Assembly (NCBI GenBank): GCA_046563655.1
Contig: CM102289.1
Location: 4,588,001 to 4,652,000 of the forward strand
Direction of reading: 5' to 3'
From: Yuukianura sp. NJ FZ-2021
Lineage: Eukaryota
Length of the DNA stretch: 64,000 nucleotides
The notes under the pieces were generated by a model. That model was not told the DNA's origin, made no database searches, and saw only the letters and a list, made by a program, of their open reading frames with translations. Positions within the stretch are counted from its first letter, which is position 1, and each line of letters opens with the position of its first letter. Made by a program: the position numbers and the translations under genes. Positions 1 to 17,243 of the stretch are shown here, in pieces.

Positions 1-153
1 CTATTGTACATGATGTTTATAAAACGTCATGTTTACTTTTCCACCCACTGGAGTGAAAAATGCCGATATGTGTTGCTGAACTGCGTTTAACTTACCGACG
101 AGTCGTTCCGAATCACCTTAACGTTATTTCAGCCACCACCATCCGTATTGGTA

Positions 154-1658
154 CTAACACCGTAAACCTCTCTTAATAAAACCGTAAACTTGGATGTAAA
201 ACTCACGTATTACCTGAATTGAAACCCATGTTGACAAGTAGTGACTGGAGTCACCACCAAATGCAGCCCGATGCTGCGTCAATGTGTCGAATATCCAACT
301 TCGGCTCTCCTCAAAAGAAATTTCCTTCATTCGAGACTGTAGGTATCTGAATCGCAACCCTTTGTCATCGGAGAAAAAGCTACGCAAGAGAGATACAGTT
401 TGCAAGCATTCTGACAGGCCTGTAGCGCCGGAAGACAATTTTAACAGCAGAGCTTGCTGTATTTCTGACTGTAGTGTAGCCACTTCGCTGCAAATTTTCT
501 GCAAATCAGAATTTATAGTCATTGGATTACGAAAGATAATCGAGGCTTACGAAACAATTCAGTTAATCCAATTCAAGCCGGGGTTGCTTTATGCCCAATC
601 CCAATGGTCGCTGTAAAGTTAACCTTAAAGTTTAAGGCAAGGCCCAAAAACGTGTTACCATGTTACCTGCAAAATAGAAGGTGGATCGTCGATGTTTTTC
701 ATAAACTCTTGAGAGGATTGTAAAACTTTGATTGCGTATGGTAACTTCTCTTCTGCCAGACACCTTCTGACAATCCATGGCATTTCTAGCAATGTATTAA
801 TTGATTCGATTTTCTCAAACATATTGGTAACGTCCCTCTTCTCTGTCGCAAATTCGGTACTTGGAGTATCAGAGAAAACTGCAACTTGACATTGAACGCA
901 AGGTACCATGGTTTCATTTAGGATGTCAACTGTATTGCTAGTTTCTGCGAGCTGAAATATTGGCCATTCACGTAACAACAAGTAAAGTACAACATGGGGA
1001 AATTCAATTCAGTGAGCGTGAAAAACAAGAATCTTACACGCCTTGTAATATCACTTGTGATTTTAGCTGAATGGACGAAAACTTGATAATTCTGACTCGC
1101 TAAATCTCGTGTCTGGTGTTCCACTATTGCCAGTTCTTCATTTAAGCGTGAGACTTCGCCGTCTAGAATTTAATGGTAGATCAGTAAAACATTAAGTCGT
1201 CTATAAAATTAAACCGGATGTATTTGATATTAAGGCGATGAACAATTGGCAGGAGTTAAGGCTAATGGCACTCGAACAATTTTATGTCGCGGAACATATT
1301 TCTTACTTAAACTGTCAACCCCATTGGTCCCCAGCCGCTTCAAGCATGACAATTGCTCAAAATCTGTAAACACAAAGATATTGAAGCCATGATTTTTTAC
1401 GACAAGGGCACTTTGTATTGTTGGAAGGGTTTTAATTTAAATTGTTACTACTACTACTAATCTTTGGAATTTGGATATGTATATAAATTCAACTTTACTA
1501 TTCGGAACTCGGAACCAAAAATGTAGATCGTTTTTCTCCAATAATAATTACCGAAATTATAATTATAAATAAACACATATACCAAAACCATTTTCATATT
1601 CGTTGTCCTCTGCAGTGTTCGAAAAGAGAATTCTAAACAGTCGCCTTCCTGAATCCAT
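154..1658 (-). CDS. COG8: Conserved oligomeric Golgi complex subunit 8 (multi-exon; 3' end uncertain, may run off the window)
   Basis: ATG at 1658 (MDSGRRLFRILF). Exons read EHQTRDLASQNYQVFVHSA, LLEMPWIVRRCL, LSECLQTVSLLRSFFSDDKGLRFRYLQSR and FDTLTQHRAAF, matching recalled COG8/Dor1 motifs (QTRDLAFANYKTFI, LRVKFLQAR, FDIITQYRAIF). GT-AG introns. Confidence 0.8.
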
Positions 1659-1770
1659 TAAGAAAATCAGTTCACGATTAATTGAAAACACGACAAAACT
1701 CAACACACCAACATAACAGATGTTGACTGTTTTGCCTTTGCCTGTGTGTTGATGTTATTTAGGTAACTAT

Positions 1771-2072
1771 GGTTGAGGTAAGGTTTAACGAGCGCCGTTG
1801 TAGCCTCACAGTGTAGCCGCTGGCGCCCATCTCGAGTGGCTACAATGGGTTAGTGGAAAATTTTGCCTTCTAGCCCTAGCCACCATATTGTAGCCGCACT
1901 TGCTAAATAATGCTGGTAACACTGTTTAAAAATTTGCAACACTGTCAGTGGCGGCACACGAGATTATCTCACGGGTAGCTACAAATGTTGCCGCTCAAGC
2001 GTAGCCACCATTGTAGCCACTCAAGATGACCTCCAGCGGCTACAATGGCGCTAGTTAAACCTTACCTTAACC
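1771..2072. mobile_element. Non-autonomous TIR element (family A, copy 1)
   Basis: Ends GGTTGAGGTAAGGTTTAACGAGCGCCGTTGTAGCC and GGCTACAATGGCGCTAGTTAAACCTTACCTTAACC are inverted repeats; many internal TGTAGCC/GGCTACA motifs; no convincing ORF. Confidence 0.8.
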
Positions 2073-2527
2073 GGTACTACTACCGACCGGGTAGTACGGT
2101 AGTAGGTACGTGTATTTTTTTTTGTTGGTTACTGGTAGCGACTAACTTAAGCTTTAAGGATAGTCATTGTACCCATGTAGCTGCACAGTGTAGTCACTGT
2201 GGAAAGGCATTCGGTGGCTACACCTTGTTGGCAACTAATATTTCAGCTACGTTTTTATGTTAACCAAATCTGTCATTTCACCAACAATAAACCTAATCTA
2301 ACATAGGCCTAACCTAGTTGCCCCCTAGCGTAGCCTCACAAAGTGAGCACAGTAACTAGACCCAAGTCATTTCTGTGGCTGTTAAACTTTACTCCCACCA
2401 TTTTGTCCCTTTCCCATGGCCCTGACTAAAAGTCTGAAATGCTGTCTGAAGTTTATCTGAAGTGAACGTAACTTTGTCCAGGAGCGTGGGAAATGACTAT
2501 AAACTACAAAAACAATTTAATATTAGC

Positions 2528-2668
2528 AGAAAGATCAACTAAAATTTTATAATTCAGTGTGATTTAATACCAGAAAGATCAGCTAAAACTTTAGAATTTA
2601 GTGTGATTTTAATATCACAAGGATCGGCTAAAATTTTTACAATGCAGTGTGATTTAATACCAGAAAGA
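2528..2668. repeat. Minisatellite, ~44-bp unit, about 3 copies
   Basis: AGAAAGATCAACTAAAATTTTATAATTCAGTGTGATTTAATACC repeated in tandem with mismatches. Confidence 0.85.
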
Positions 2669-2746
2669 TTATTGGGTAAATGAGTAAGCCAAATACTTTT
2701 GTAATCTTAAAGCAATCTTTGGAAATCGCAAAAGTCAGCGACGTCT

Positions 2747-4919
2747 TTATCTGCCAAGCTTCTTCTTGCTTTTTGGTGAAGTAGGTTGGAAAACACTGGA
2801 AGCCGACATGAGGCTCTCAATGTATTGCCCAAGAACTTGATTTTCTGATCGTAATTTTAAATTCTCTTCTTGCACAGTGTCCACACGTTGCGATAAGTCT
2901 GCAAAAAGTAAAGTATGCATTTACATTTTTACTTCTTTGCTCCATATTATACATTTTACAGGGTAGATCAAACCAATACCTTATCACCGTCAAAAATTAT
3001 TGTATTTACTTTCTGGTTTTGCGTTTGAATATTTCTATCTGAAACCGTAAAATGCCGAAATCCGCGCATTTTTTTGTTTAAATTGTGAATTACTTTGAGA
3101 TTGCCCTATTACTATCTCTTAAGATTCTCGCGCAGAATCTCTTAAAATTGGAGTGGACCTTAAAGGACGAACGGTGCGTCATGGAAATGGGTACTATTAA
3201 GTTGGTAGTTGAGGATAAATTCGAAGTATCTTGGATGCAAAGGTGGAAGTGCATAAAGCCGGGGATACAGGAACGCACCTCAATTTCAGAACCGTCAATC
3301 CAGCAAGTCAATATCACTGCCCAGTATCACTCCTAATGTTAATGGTGCACTACAAAAATACAATTCTTTCTGAGAGATTAACAAAATTCTAAGTTTTTTT
3401 CTTCGTAATTTTAGCAAAAAAATTTTTGCTTTTTTTCCTGTCTCCAATTTTTTTTGCTGGATTGACAGTTAGTTAAAAATGGACCTGATATACTGCCTTG
3501 ACTCGAAATTGAGGTGCTAACTTCATTTATCCAGCCTGTTGAACATTTGATCTTTTTTAAAAATTGAAAAAAAATTGTGTTTGGCAGGTTACGCATCAAG
3601 GACTGTTCATGAACTTAGAATTAAAATTGAATTGAAGACTTGCCGTCTAAAGTATTCTGTAGTTCCAACACCTGAGCAATTAGCCGAGCTTTCTCTTCTT
3701 GCTCGTCGGGATCCAAGTCTAAAATGTGGATTATTGCTCAATAAATTTCATCATCGAAAGAAGATTATATGACAGAGGGTTTAAGTTATTTGGACAATTT
3801 TTGCGAGCGCCACGTCGACCTCGTACAACTTTTTTGTCTTCTCACCTATGTTTTTATGAGTTAAAGCTACAGTATCGTAGGATTGTACTTTTATTAAAAT
3901 AAAATTTTGGTTTTGTGTTTTTATAATGTAATAAATCTTAGTAGGTAAGAACTAACCGCGGGAAAAAAAAATTTTTTTCGACTTTTTTTTAAGAAAAGAA
4001 AATTGAAAACAGCGGACAGTTAGTTGGCCTCCGCGGACAAGTTCTCACTCAGCACACTGCAAACCATCACCGTATTAAAAATATTCTTCTTTTTGACAAA
4101 GGTACTATCCCACGATAGTTAGATTTTTAGCTTGTAAGAGGTCGTGCCACTCGCTAAATAACAACTGACAACATATCTTTACTCTAACATTCGAAAAATA
4201 ATATTTGTGTTCAAAACAGCTTACCAGCACTTGATAAGCTATCATGTGTAAATACCGACGGTATAGAATCAAATTTCCTCGATAACCCAACTAGGTTCAG
4301 GTCTGATGACGACTTAGATGAGCCGTTCGCTTCGGGTTCACTGTCTGGGATCACAGCTGCAACAATAAAATCAGTTAAATATTTTTGGTAATTTGGTACT
4401 ATATAAATATAAACTTTGGTAATATACAAACTCAAATCAAACTATTTTCTCAATCCGATCCCTTATCTCCGATTTACTAACTTGCGCCTTTCATGCATTG
4501 ATTTCTTGAATTTCGAGTTCTTCGCTGCAATTATCATTCACACTTAGCTTTTAGCAATTAATTTACAAGTTAATCAAGTGAAAGGCGTTAAAAAACACGC
4601 ATTAACTGAAAACAATTACAAAAAGGAAGAATATGTTAATGTTTAACCTTTCGTTTGTGATACTTGTTTACCTTTCACCTTCCGTCCCTCCCTTTGACAG
4701 CAATTTTGCTGCTTTTAAAGTTTAAAAGCCATGAACAACAAAACAAGCTAACGGCAAAAGGAAAGCATTGAATTTACAAAAAGCGCTTTTTACGGAACAC
4801 TGCTCTCATAGGATAATTTGAAAATTATATCAATTTTTGTTACCTTGTGGATCATCGTCCGCCAGAGGTATGTGGTTGAGATCGCTATCCCCAAGATTTA
4901 TATCGGTCGGAGAACTCAT
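2747..4919 (-). CDS. SCOC: Short coiled-coil protein (SCOC/UNC-69), 4 coding exons
   Basis: ATG 4919 [25 protein letters not shown]; later exons give [24 protein letters not shown] and [47 protein letters not shown], the SCOC signature; TAA at 2747-2749. Confidence 0.95.
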
Positions 4920-5196
4920 AGTTCCTCCAGACGTACGTAATTCACAACGAACCCTTCAGTTTCAGTTATTCCGCGATAACTCACTTTTGTTACCGTTCCT
5001 CAGTTACGCGACGACATTGTCATTTTGTATAGTTCATAGTTAGCAGCCTTCTTGATTTGAACGTAATACGCTAATGGGCACCGAATTTGTAATACTTTGC
5101 GCAAACAATCAAAAGTGACGGCAGTGACATCAATTTTCGTAACCGCTCGGTTTTCCTTCTCGCTCGCCGCACCCTTTTGTAAATACAAGTTCCAAA

Positions 5197-6134
5197 GGTT
5201 GAGGTAAGGTTTCAAGCGCGCAGTTGTAGCCGAGCAGCACCTAACCCGTTTTCGCGACCATGCCTTTAGTGGCTAGACTATAATGGGTACACTACAATCT
5301 GTTTTTAAGCTTTCTTAGGTTTGGTTAGGTTAGTTTTAGTAATGCTAGGCAAACCTTGTACAAATATTCGCTTTCCTAAAACCATGCTTTTGTAAGGATA
5401 CGTTTTTTTTGGAAGTTACAAATTTGCAAAGTAACATTTGGAAATTTCACGGTCTTGTAGCAGTGCGATTTTCTATTCACGCTTATGTCAGCTAGTCGCA
5501 TAGGGTGCTTACGGCCTGGCGACCCCACTTTGAAAAATTTTTCCAAGTTCAGAATCTTCAAGGCAACCTCAATAATGACATATCTACAAAAGTTGTTGAG
5601 CTCGATGATAGGATCATTTTTTGTCCCATGATCTCTCCCCTTGTGACCCCTCCCATAGGTCGTCATGCCTAACCTAAACCAAAAACCAAAACCATTTTTT
5701 CATATTTTTTGACGAAACGAATGATTTTCACGGTCCCAATGTCCTCCGTGACCTCTAAAGGTCAAAAAACTTGTCTAACTTTCTGCCAGAATAATACCTC
5801 TGTATTTACCCATTTTACTAAAGCTGAGAACCCAAAGCCAGGCCTTCGTCATCGAGCAATAAAGGTCAACTCTCTTTAAGTAAAGTTAAGCTTACTTGAC
5901 AATCGTGATGATGGGATTTTTGTAATGTTAGGATGTTTCTTGTAATCTGATTCTGAAACTGTGTTGCAGGCATTATTGAACATGTGCGTGCAACTATCAG
6001 GGGAGTAACAAGAAAACTTTACAAAGGATGGCTAAAAGGTAGCCGCACCAGCGTAGCCACGAGCTACCTAACTTGCAACCGTCGGCTACATGGTGTGAAC
6101 GCTACAATGACGGTCGTTAAACCTTAACTCAGCC
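5197..6134. mobile_element. TIR element family A, copy 2 (longer, with unrelated internal sequence), filling the SCOC/KAT7 divergent promoter gap
   Basis: Left end GGTTGAGGTAAGGTTTCAAGCGCGCAGTTGTAGCC; right end GCTACAATGACGGTCGTTAAACCTTAACTCAGCC; same termini as 1771-2072. Confidence 0.7.
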
Positions 6135-6439
6135 ACTTCATCTAAGCTAAGATGGTCGCCGGGTCTGGCGAAACGGCGGAAATAGGACATTTTGTTTGAG
6201 AGGTGAATAAGCCAAAGCCAGGTAAAGCTTTGTGTTTAGGATTTTCGTCATAAACGCACTCCTTTGTGTATTTATGATCTGGTCAACTTAAACAATTTTA
6301 ACCAAAAAAAAATAATTTTTTTGAACCTTTCGCTAAAACATCAGAGAAATCGGAAACAGGTTAGGCTTCGTCTCACGTCACGACCGCTGGGTGCACTATA
6401 CTTCGGAGCAGTTATGTGTTGCTGCAAGCAGTTGTGTAC

Positions 6440-6850
6440 TAATTTTGAGCAACAAAGTTTTAGTGCATACATTTTGTTAAAACGGTTTTTCATGTACATG
6501 TGCATGTTTATCTTTCAAAATTTCGAAAATCATTCACGAAAAGTTAGCAAAGTAAGATTTTTCACAAAGAATGCACCCTATTCCGTCATGATGGAATTGG
6601 CGACATTGGTGGATTTGACTCAACTATCATATTATACTTGATTATACACCTCAAGAAGGTTCACTCACCGGGATTTAAGAACACTGGACATGATCCGTTT
6701 TTTAAAACGAGTCATGTCAAGCGTTGATTAGACATTACTATTAGGTTTGATAGATAGCTAGACAGAATTTCACATCAAGGATAGATTCTGGAAACCATAG
6801 TTTTTTCGTGAATAATAAATATCGAAATTGTGAAAAATGAACATGTAAAT
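6440..6850. repeat. Degenerate inverted-repeat element; related pieces at ~11606-11830 and ~45208-45290
   Basis: Shared motif CAAAATTTCGAAAATCATTCACGAAAAGTTAG with an inverted copy (TTTTTTCGTGAATAAT...) at ~6800; CGGTTCACACAAACGA occurs in both other copies. Confidence 0.5.
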
Positions 6851-8129
6851 ATCGTCTACTTCAATTTGAGATAAAAATTGGTTTTTAGCCTGTGGATTTC
6901 CTTCAAAAAATTTGTTTTAAAAAATGCCTCATATCCAGGCTAGTTTAAAAGCAACTCCCCATACTGCCCTACCTTGTATTTGTCGTTTACTCAAAGAGAA
7001 AATGCCACGGGAATAGTCAGACCCTATTTTTAAAGTTACCAAATGGGTGTTGTACGCGTACGGCTGATCCGAGAATTTCGGTATCCGACCTTTAGCCAGA
7101 CCGCGGCAGGTTCCATAAAAGCTCATTGTTACATACAGATTTAGTTTCTCACGGTTTTTTTTTTGTGGAGTCAAGTATGTAAACATCAACTTTAATTAAG
7201 GGGGATAGCGTATCGCCCATGTAGATGTTGTGAAGTTGGTTTCCGCAAATCTTGCGACATATAGAAGACGGCGGCGGGATCGACACACTGCATACAGAGG
7301 AGTTGTGAACCCTAACTTTTACAGCGTAGACAGCTGTGTTGTAAAGATCCATAAGCGTAAGTTAAGTGGTTTTTAAAACTGGGTGGAATCGGAATGAACC
7401 AGCTCCGTTTCTGCGAATGTATGTATTCAAATAGGGCAATTGTGTTGTGCGGAAACGTTATTAATTGAAGCTTAGAATTCGTATTTAGATTACGTGGCTT
7501 TATTGCCTAGTAAAGTTGGCCATAAAAAGAGACAGGAAACAAAATCGAACAAAATGCAATTTGCAATTACCAAAAGTAAAACGCCGGAATCAAGAAGACC
7601 TTTAACGCCCGATACGGACTTACCGTGCTGCCCTCGTGCACGGTGCAAAAATACAATGTCGCCAACTTGAAAACAAAAAACGTTGCGTTTCATTTGCTCC
7701 TAACAACAAAATATGTTGGGGGCATCGGGGTATCAGGTATCATATGTATCGGGCGTAAGGTTCGGCTATTTGAAATTCATTTCGGCTCCTTTTCTTGTCA
7801 CAAGAATCTTGTGTTGTCAATTGTGGTTATTTAACTCTGGCGAAATTCCATGGAACTGTTTTTTACATATAGAACGAATTTGACAGGCAGCGACGTATCA
7901 CAATTCACAAATGGGATCTTTCATCTGAATATCCAGTAACAACTTGTTACTGTTGGTAACAAGCAGTATTTCAAGTAAGAAATTGCCTGCTAGCATGATG
8001 GAGTAAAATCTTAATTTTAATTCACAGTCATTTTCTAATACATACCGTTTGAACATATTTGCAGCACTAACGGAACGTTTTCGCAACAATAGTAGAAAGG
8101 TTTTTTTTTCTTTTAGAAAATACTCAAGA

Positions 8130-12606
<4,477 letters not shown>

Positions 12607-13615
12607 TTATATTTATATCATCAAATAACGCTTCAGTATTTGCTACCTTCTCCTTTTTCAAATTAGAACGTATGTAATTTTTAATTTTGTTGATGTTCGA
12701 TTCGCTTCTTGAATGACTTTTTGTGCTTACAAATAACCTCATGTGTAATATAATAATAATAAAACGTGGCACTGGCTCTACGCTAATAATACAATAATTA
12801 ACTCCTTCCGGATAAAGCTCAACATTTTTTTCGTCACAAGAGCAGCTGCACAAGAGATATGTTCGTAACATATAATTAACGTGACGCTGCTTCCATAAGG
12901 CAGCTTTCGTTACTTAAAGTAATTTTTTGTTCTTCAGTATTTTTTGCGACAAGAGTATTTCAATTTATTTTATTTGAATTTAATTTATAAAGTTTGAGAG
13001 AGGTGGTGTGAGTGAGGTTTGTATTTTTTTCCTACTGCCAATATTTTCCTCCCGATAAAGCGACTCGACTTGAGTTTAAACAAAAATGGTTTCAATGTCG
13101 AACATTCGGAAGCTTTCGAATAAAGTATCTTATTTATCGAAGGTTGTAAATGAAGAATTCTTTAACGGGTTTTGCAATTTGGCTACTAGAGCCATACAGA
13201 TTACCAACTGATCCTGCATGAAACTGTTCAGCGAAACGTGCTCGTTGGAATTGATTGTGGTATTAAATTCTAAGTCAACGTCTGTTCTATGTCTGTGAGT
13301 CTGTTTGAGAGCCGTTTACCTGCAAACTAATTTTCATTCGCTTCCAGGACCAACAGCAGGTATTTCTACAAAATTTAGAAACAATGCTTGCCAAAAGAGT
13401 TGTTTGCGAATTACGCGTGTTTAGGTGGATCGTGTTTATGAATTTGCAGTTTACGAATTAGGAAGTTAATGAATTGGGATTTTTACGAATAGACTTTTAT
13501 GAATTGACTATTTACAACGAAATTGAATTTACGAATTGACCTGCTTCAGAAACAAAAATTAGGTGATTTATCCCTTCACTACTGAATCCTTATAGTGTTA
13601 TACGGTATAGGGCGA

Positions 13616-15949
13616 TCACTTGGCGCGTCTCTCTGCAATATGGTTGAGTAAGCGGTTCCCTGCTACAAAAGTGACAATTCCTGGTGGTCCCATCCACTTC
13701 AAAGCCTCGAACATTGTCAACTTGATCCAAAACAAGGAATACACACCAAACAAAGCTAAAAACAGACAGACTTGCTGTGAGTTGCTTCATTAGTACTGTT
13801 TGGTAACATTATTTGGAGGTGGTGTTTACCTGTAAGGCCGAGGTGAAAACTCAAAGCACTTAATGTGAAGGGGAAGTTGCTGATATTCACTCCGATTTTC
13901 ATCCACTGCAAGTAGAAGCCAATTCTCAATTAGTTTCAGTATGACTATGACTGTTAAGATTAAGAATTAGATTTGTGTGGATAAGTTTACCAGAAAGAAG
14001 AGAATGACGAAAGGCGACAAGACGAGAAGAGTGAAGGCATCTGAAACGACTTTTGATGGACGTGGCTCCGGTTCACGAAACTGATGCTAAGTAAATCACA
14101 AAACAAAATTTGCCTTATGTGGAGTTACCAAGTTATGGGAAGTAATCTATGCCAAAGGTGCGGAAGTTCAACAGCAATTGCTACTTACTGAACATGATTA
14201 CTAACGGTCGTTGAAACATTTCAAGTACATATTTCAAGGTTAGTAAAGGAAAAAGTTAGCCGTTCCGGAGCGCGTTTGAAAATAACAAACTTTTTGAGCT
14301 GGTTGCGTTTTGGCATGCACCTTTGTTTGTCATATACACAATTTCAAATAAAATTAATTTTTGGTACATTGCGTTTCTTAAAACTCATTATGATTAATTT
14401 GGTTTTACTTTTAGTAAAATTTATGTTTTGAACAATATTTGAAGGCAAAAGTTTTAGGTTACATTTAGCAACCAAACTTGAGGAAGTCGGTCCGGACAAT
14501 AAAACCACTGGAAAATGTGTGCATGGAAATTATCCAACGCCGAATTTCTTGATTCTACTCCTAAAATAATTAATCGCTTCTGAACATTCCTGGAATTATG
14601 GGAGGTCGCAATTTCGCCGGAAGGTCGCAGTATTTGGTTGCTACTTTGCTTTTTAAACTAATTGTGGTATGCTGAATACGAATATGAAAAAAAAGTTGCA
14701 CCGGAAATGGAAAAAAGTACTTTTTATAATTTGTGATTTCGCAATTAAATCGCAGCTTTGACATTTGCTCTTGGGTTATAAAACTTCAAAAAACTTGGGT
14801 CACATCAATTATCAACTCTCTCCAGCAGACTGTGCTAAACCCATGAGTACTGCCCTACCATTTTTTTTTGCAAAAACGCTCCGGAACGCTTAACCCTATC
14901 CCCCGCCAACCCTATATGTACAGAGGATACAGTTTTCTATGCTCAAATTCTACCAACTTACTTTGATTTCTGGTTTCTGTTCGTAGGAAATGGAGTAGAG
15001 TGTGTTGACAGCGGGTCTTGTCTTAAACTGATGCTCGCTCCCAGTCACTTTGAAGTTCAAATCCCCAAGGACCCACTCCAGAGAATCTTCAATCAAAAAG
15101 TCCCCAAGATAAAGGATAATTTCATAAGTTCCAGCTTCAAACCCGGTGCTCGTAATGTCCTAAATTACAAAGCTTAAACGTAACAAAGGTCAAATGAATA
15201 ACAATCGTGGTTCAACTCACAATCTCCACTTTGTAGTTTGAACCCTGGTCAGACTCCAGTTGACCAATGAATCCTACTTCTTCATCTGTTGCCTTATTCC
15301 GAAGCAAAACAAAAACCTGATGGAGCTTCCTGACGGCAGAAACCTTGACACTGAGTCGCTCTTGAGCTTCGTGAAGTTGGAGAGAAACCGGCAGTGTCTG
15401 CCCTTTCGCCAAGTCCTTCCATTCTCCTGCTTTTGTGTCCACGTTTATAATTCCTGCTTTGACTTTGACCTCACCCAGTCTCTCCACCACCTTTGGCTTC
15501 TAAAATATTAATTACCATTGGTAGATACCAAATGTACAACGAATACCAATATGATTTTGATTTACCTCTGACACCTTTTTGGGTTCCTCGACGACAGCTG
15601 GTGCTGGAGGTTCAGCTTTTGGAGCGGACTTGGCCGGTGCCGGAGGTTCAGTTTTTGGAGTGGACTTGGCCGGTGCTGGAGCTGGAGGTTCAGTTTTTGG
15701 AGTGGACTTGATAGTTGCTGGCGCTGGTGTAGCAGTTGGAGTATGTTGTTCCTTTACCTTTGGTGCTTCCGCTGGTGCTGGAGGTTTTGTGATGGGTTGA
15801 TCCTTTGCAGTTTGCGCTGGAGTAGGTGTGCCTTTTGCCTTAGCTCCTGCTCCGGCGTTAGTTGATGCTGTTGACTCCTTCCCGTCCTTACACATACTGG
15901 ACGATGACCAAAGAAGTAGTACAAATATAATAACTGCAAACTGCCTCAT
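13616..15949 (-). CDS. RPN2: Ribophorin II / oligosaccharyltransferase subunit (Swp1-like short form, ~390 aa, 6 exons)
   Basis: Signal peptide MRQFAVIIFVLLLW; Pro/Ala/Lys/Thr repeats; LHQVFVLLRN, GTYEIILYLGD, KPEIKHQFREPEPRP, WMKIGVNISNFPF...FHLGL, FWIKLTMFEALK...FVAGNRLLNHIAERRAK* match the RPN2 C-terminal domain and three TM helices. Confidence 0.9.
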
Positions 15950-16201
15950 TATGATTGCTGGATAACTGAATTCCTCTTTGTAAACACAGAAACAGATCCA
16001 AATTAACGTCACCAGTCTCAGTCTCTAATCTCTAGATCTCATAAATTAACTCTAATGGACTAACAACTCCAGGAATGACAACTGTCTGACTGATGAGGAA
16101 TCACTCGATCATACCCTTCTGGGCCTTCTGGATATCCGATTTGTCGGCACCGGCACCGGCAGTGAGGTTGAACTGCAACAACAGAAAGCTGTGAGAAGTG
16201 A

Positions 16202-17243
16202 TATGGGGGGGTATTAGTACCAGCACCCATTAAATTTTTTTCTGTTAAAAAAGTTGCCTTTCGCGAATTGATTTAATTGACGAAAACTTAATTTAACCTG
16301 GGGTATTCTATATTCGCGAAAAGTTAATCGGAAAAACCTTAAACGTAGAACAGTGTTTGTTTCCCGTAAGCTATTTTCTCGCCAATAACTTTCCCAAAAC
16401 TATACACGGGTGATACCGGCCACGTGTTATATATGGGTACTCAGATTATATCATATTTATTTTAAACATCATGAAAGTTAAATTAAACTGATTAAAGTGT
16501 CGATTTATTTCTAAATTAAAATTTATTCCACGCAGTTTTTGATTAATTAAGTTGTAATTCCATAATTATTGAATACAATATTGCCCATGTATGAAGTCGG
16601 CATTGTGGGTTGACGAATGACTTATTGATTTATCCTATTAGTCGAAGTAAAGTTGAGTCCCCGCGTGTTCCCACCCGTTCAAATTTTTAGGCTGCTACCA
16701 TTGCATTATGGTAGCAGCGCAAAAATTTGAACAGGTGGGAACAGACAGGGAACTCAAGTTTACTTCAACTACTCTTTTTTTGAAGATATAAACGGAAGGA
16801 CTTATAAAGAAGTTAATTAATAATGTATTACGTATAATAAATCTTAAATAAAAATAATTGGACATTTTAATTAATTTTGAAATTAGATCAATTTAATTTA
16901 GAAAATGTTTTAAGATAAACATGATATAATTTGGTGCCCATATATAGCATGTGGCTGGCATTACCCCTGTGTATTTTTGTGAAATCTATTGACGAGAACA
17001 AAGTTTAGCTCAAACAAACACTTTTCGCCCTTTATAGTTTCTCGGATTAACTCTCCGATGAAGTTTTTGCTGTATAAACTTTCTCCGATTAACTTTTCGC
17101 CGCTTAAAATTTCTCCGATTAACTTTTCGAAAATTCAGAATAAGCGAACAAAAACAAACTTTTCGTCAATTCAATCAATTGGCGAAAAATAACCTTTTAA
17201 TTAGGGAAAGTTAAATTAGTTTTGCTGCTAATATCCCTCCATA
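16202..17243. mobile_element. Three nested inverted-repeat elements (outer 16202-17243, middle ~16401-16974, inner ~16640-16770)
   Basis: Outer TATGGGGGGGTATTAG / CTAATATCCCTCCATAG; middle TACACGGGTGATACCGGCCACGTG / CATGTGGCTGGCATTACCCCTGTGTA; inner hairpin GTTCCCACCCGTTCAAATTTTT / AAAAATTTGAACAGGTGGGAAC. Confidence 0.8.

Noticed and set aside
2528..2668. CRISPR-like repeat array
   Set aside because: Adjacent tandem units with no unique spacers, in a eukaryotic context; a minisatellite.
13590..13790. 66-aa ORF resembling a secreted Cys-containing neuropeptide
   Set aside because: It is an alternative frame over the last RPN2 exon and its upstream intron.
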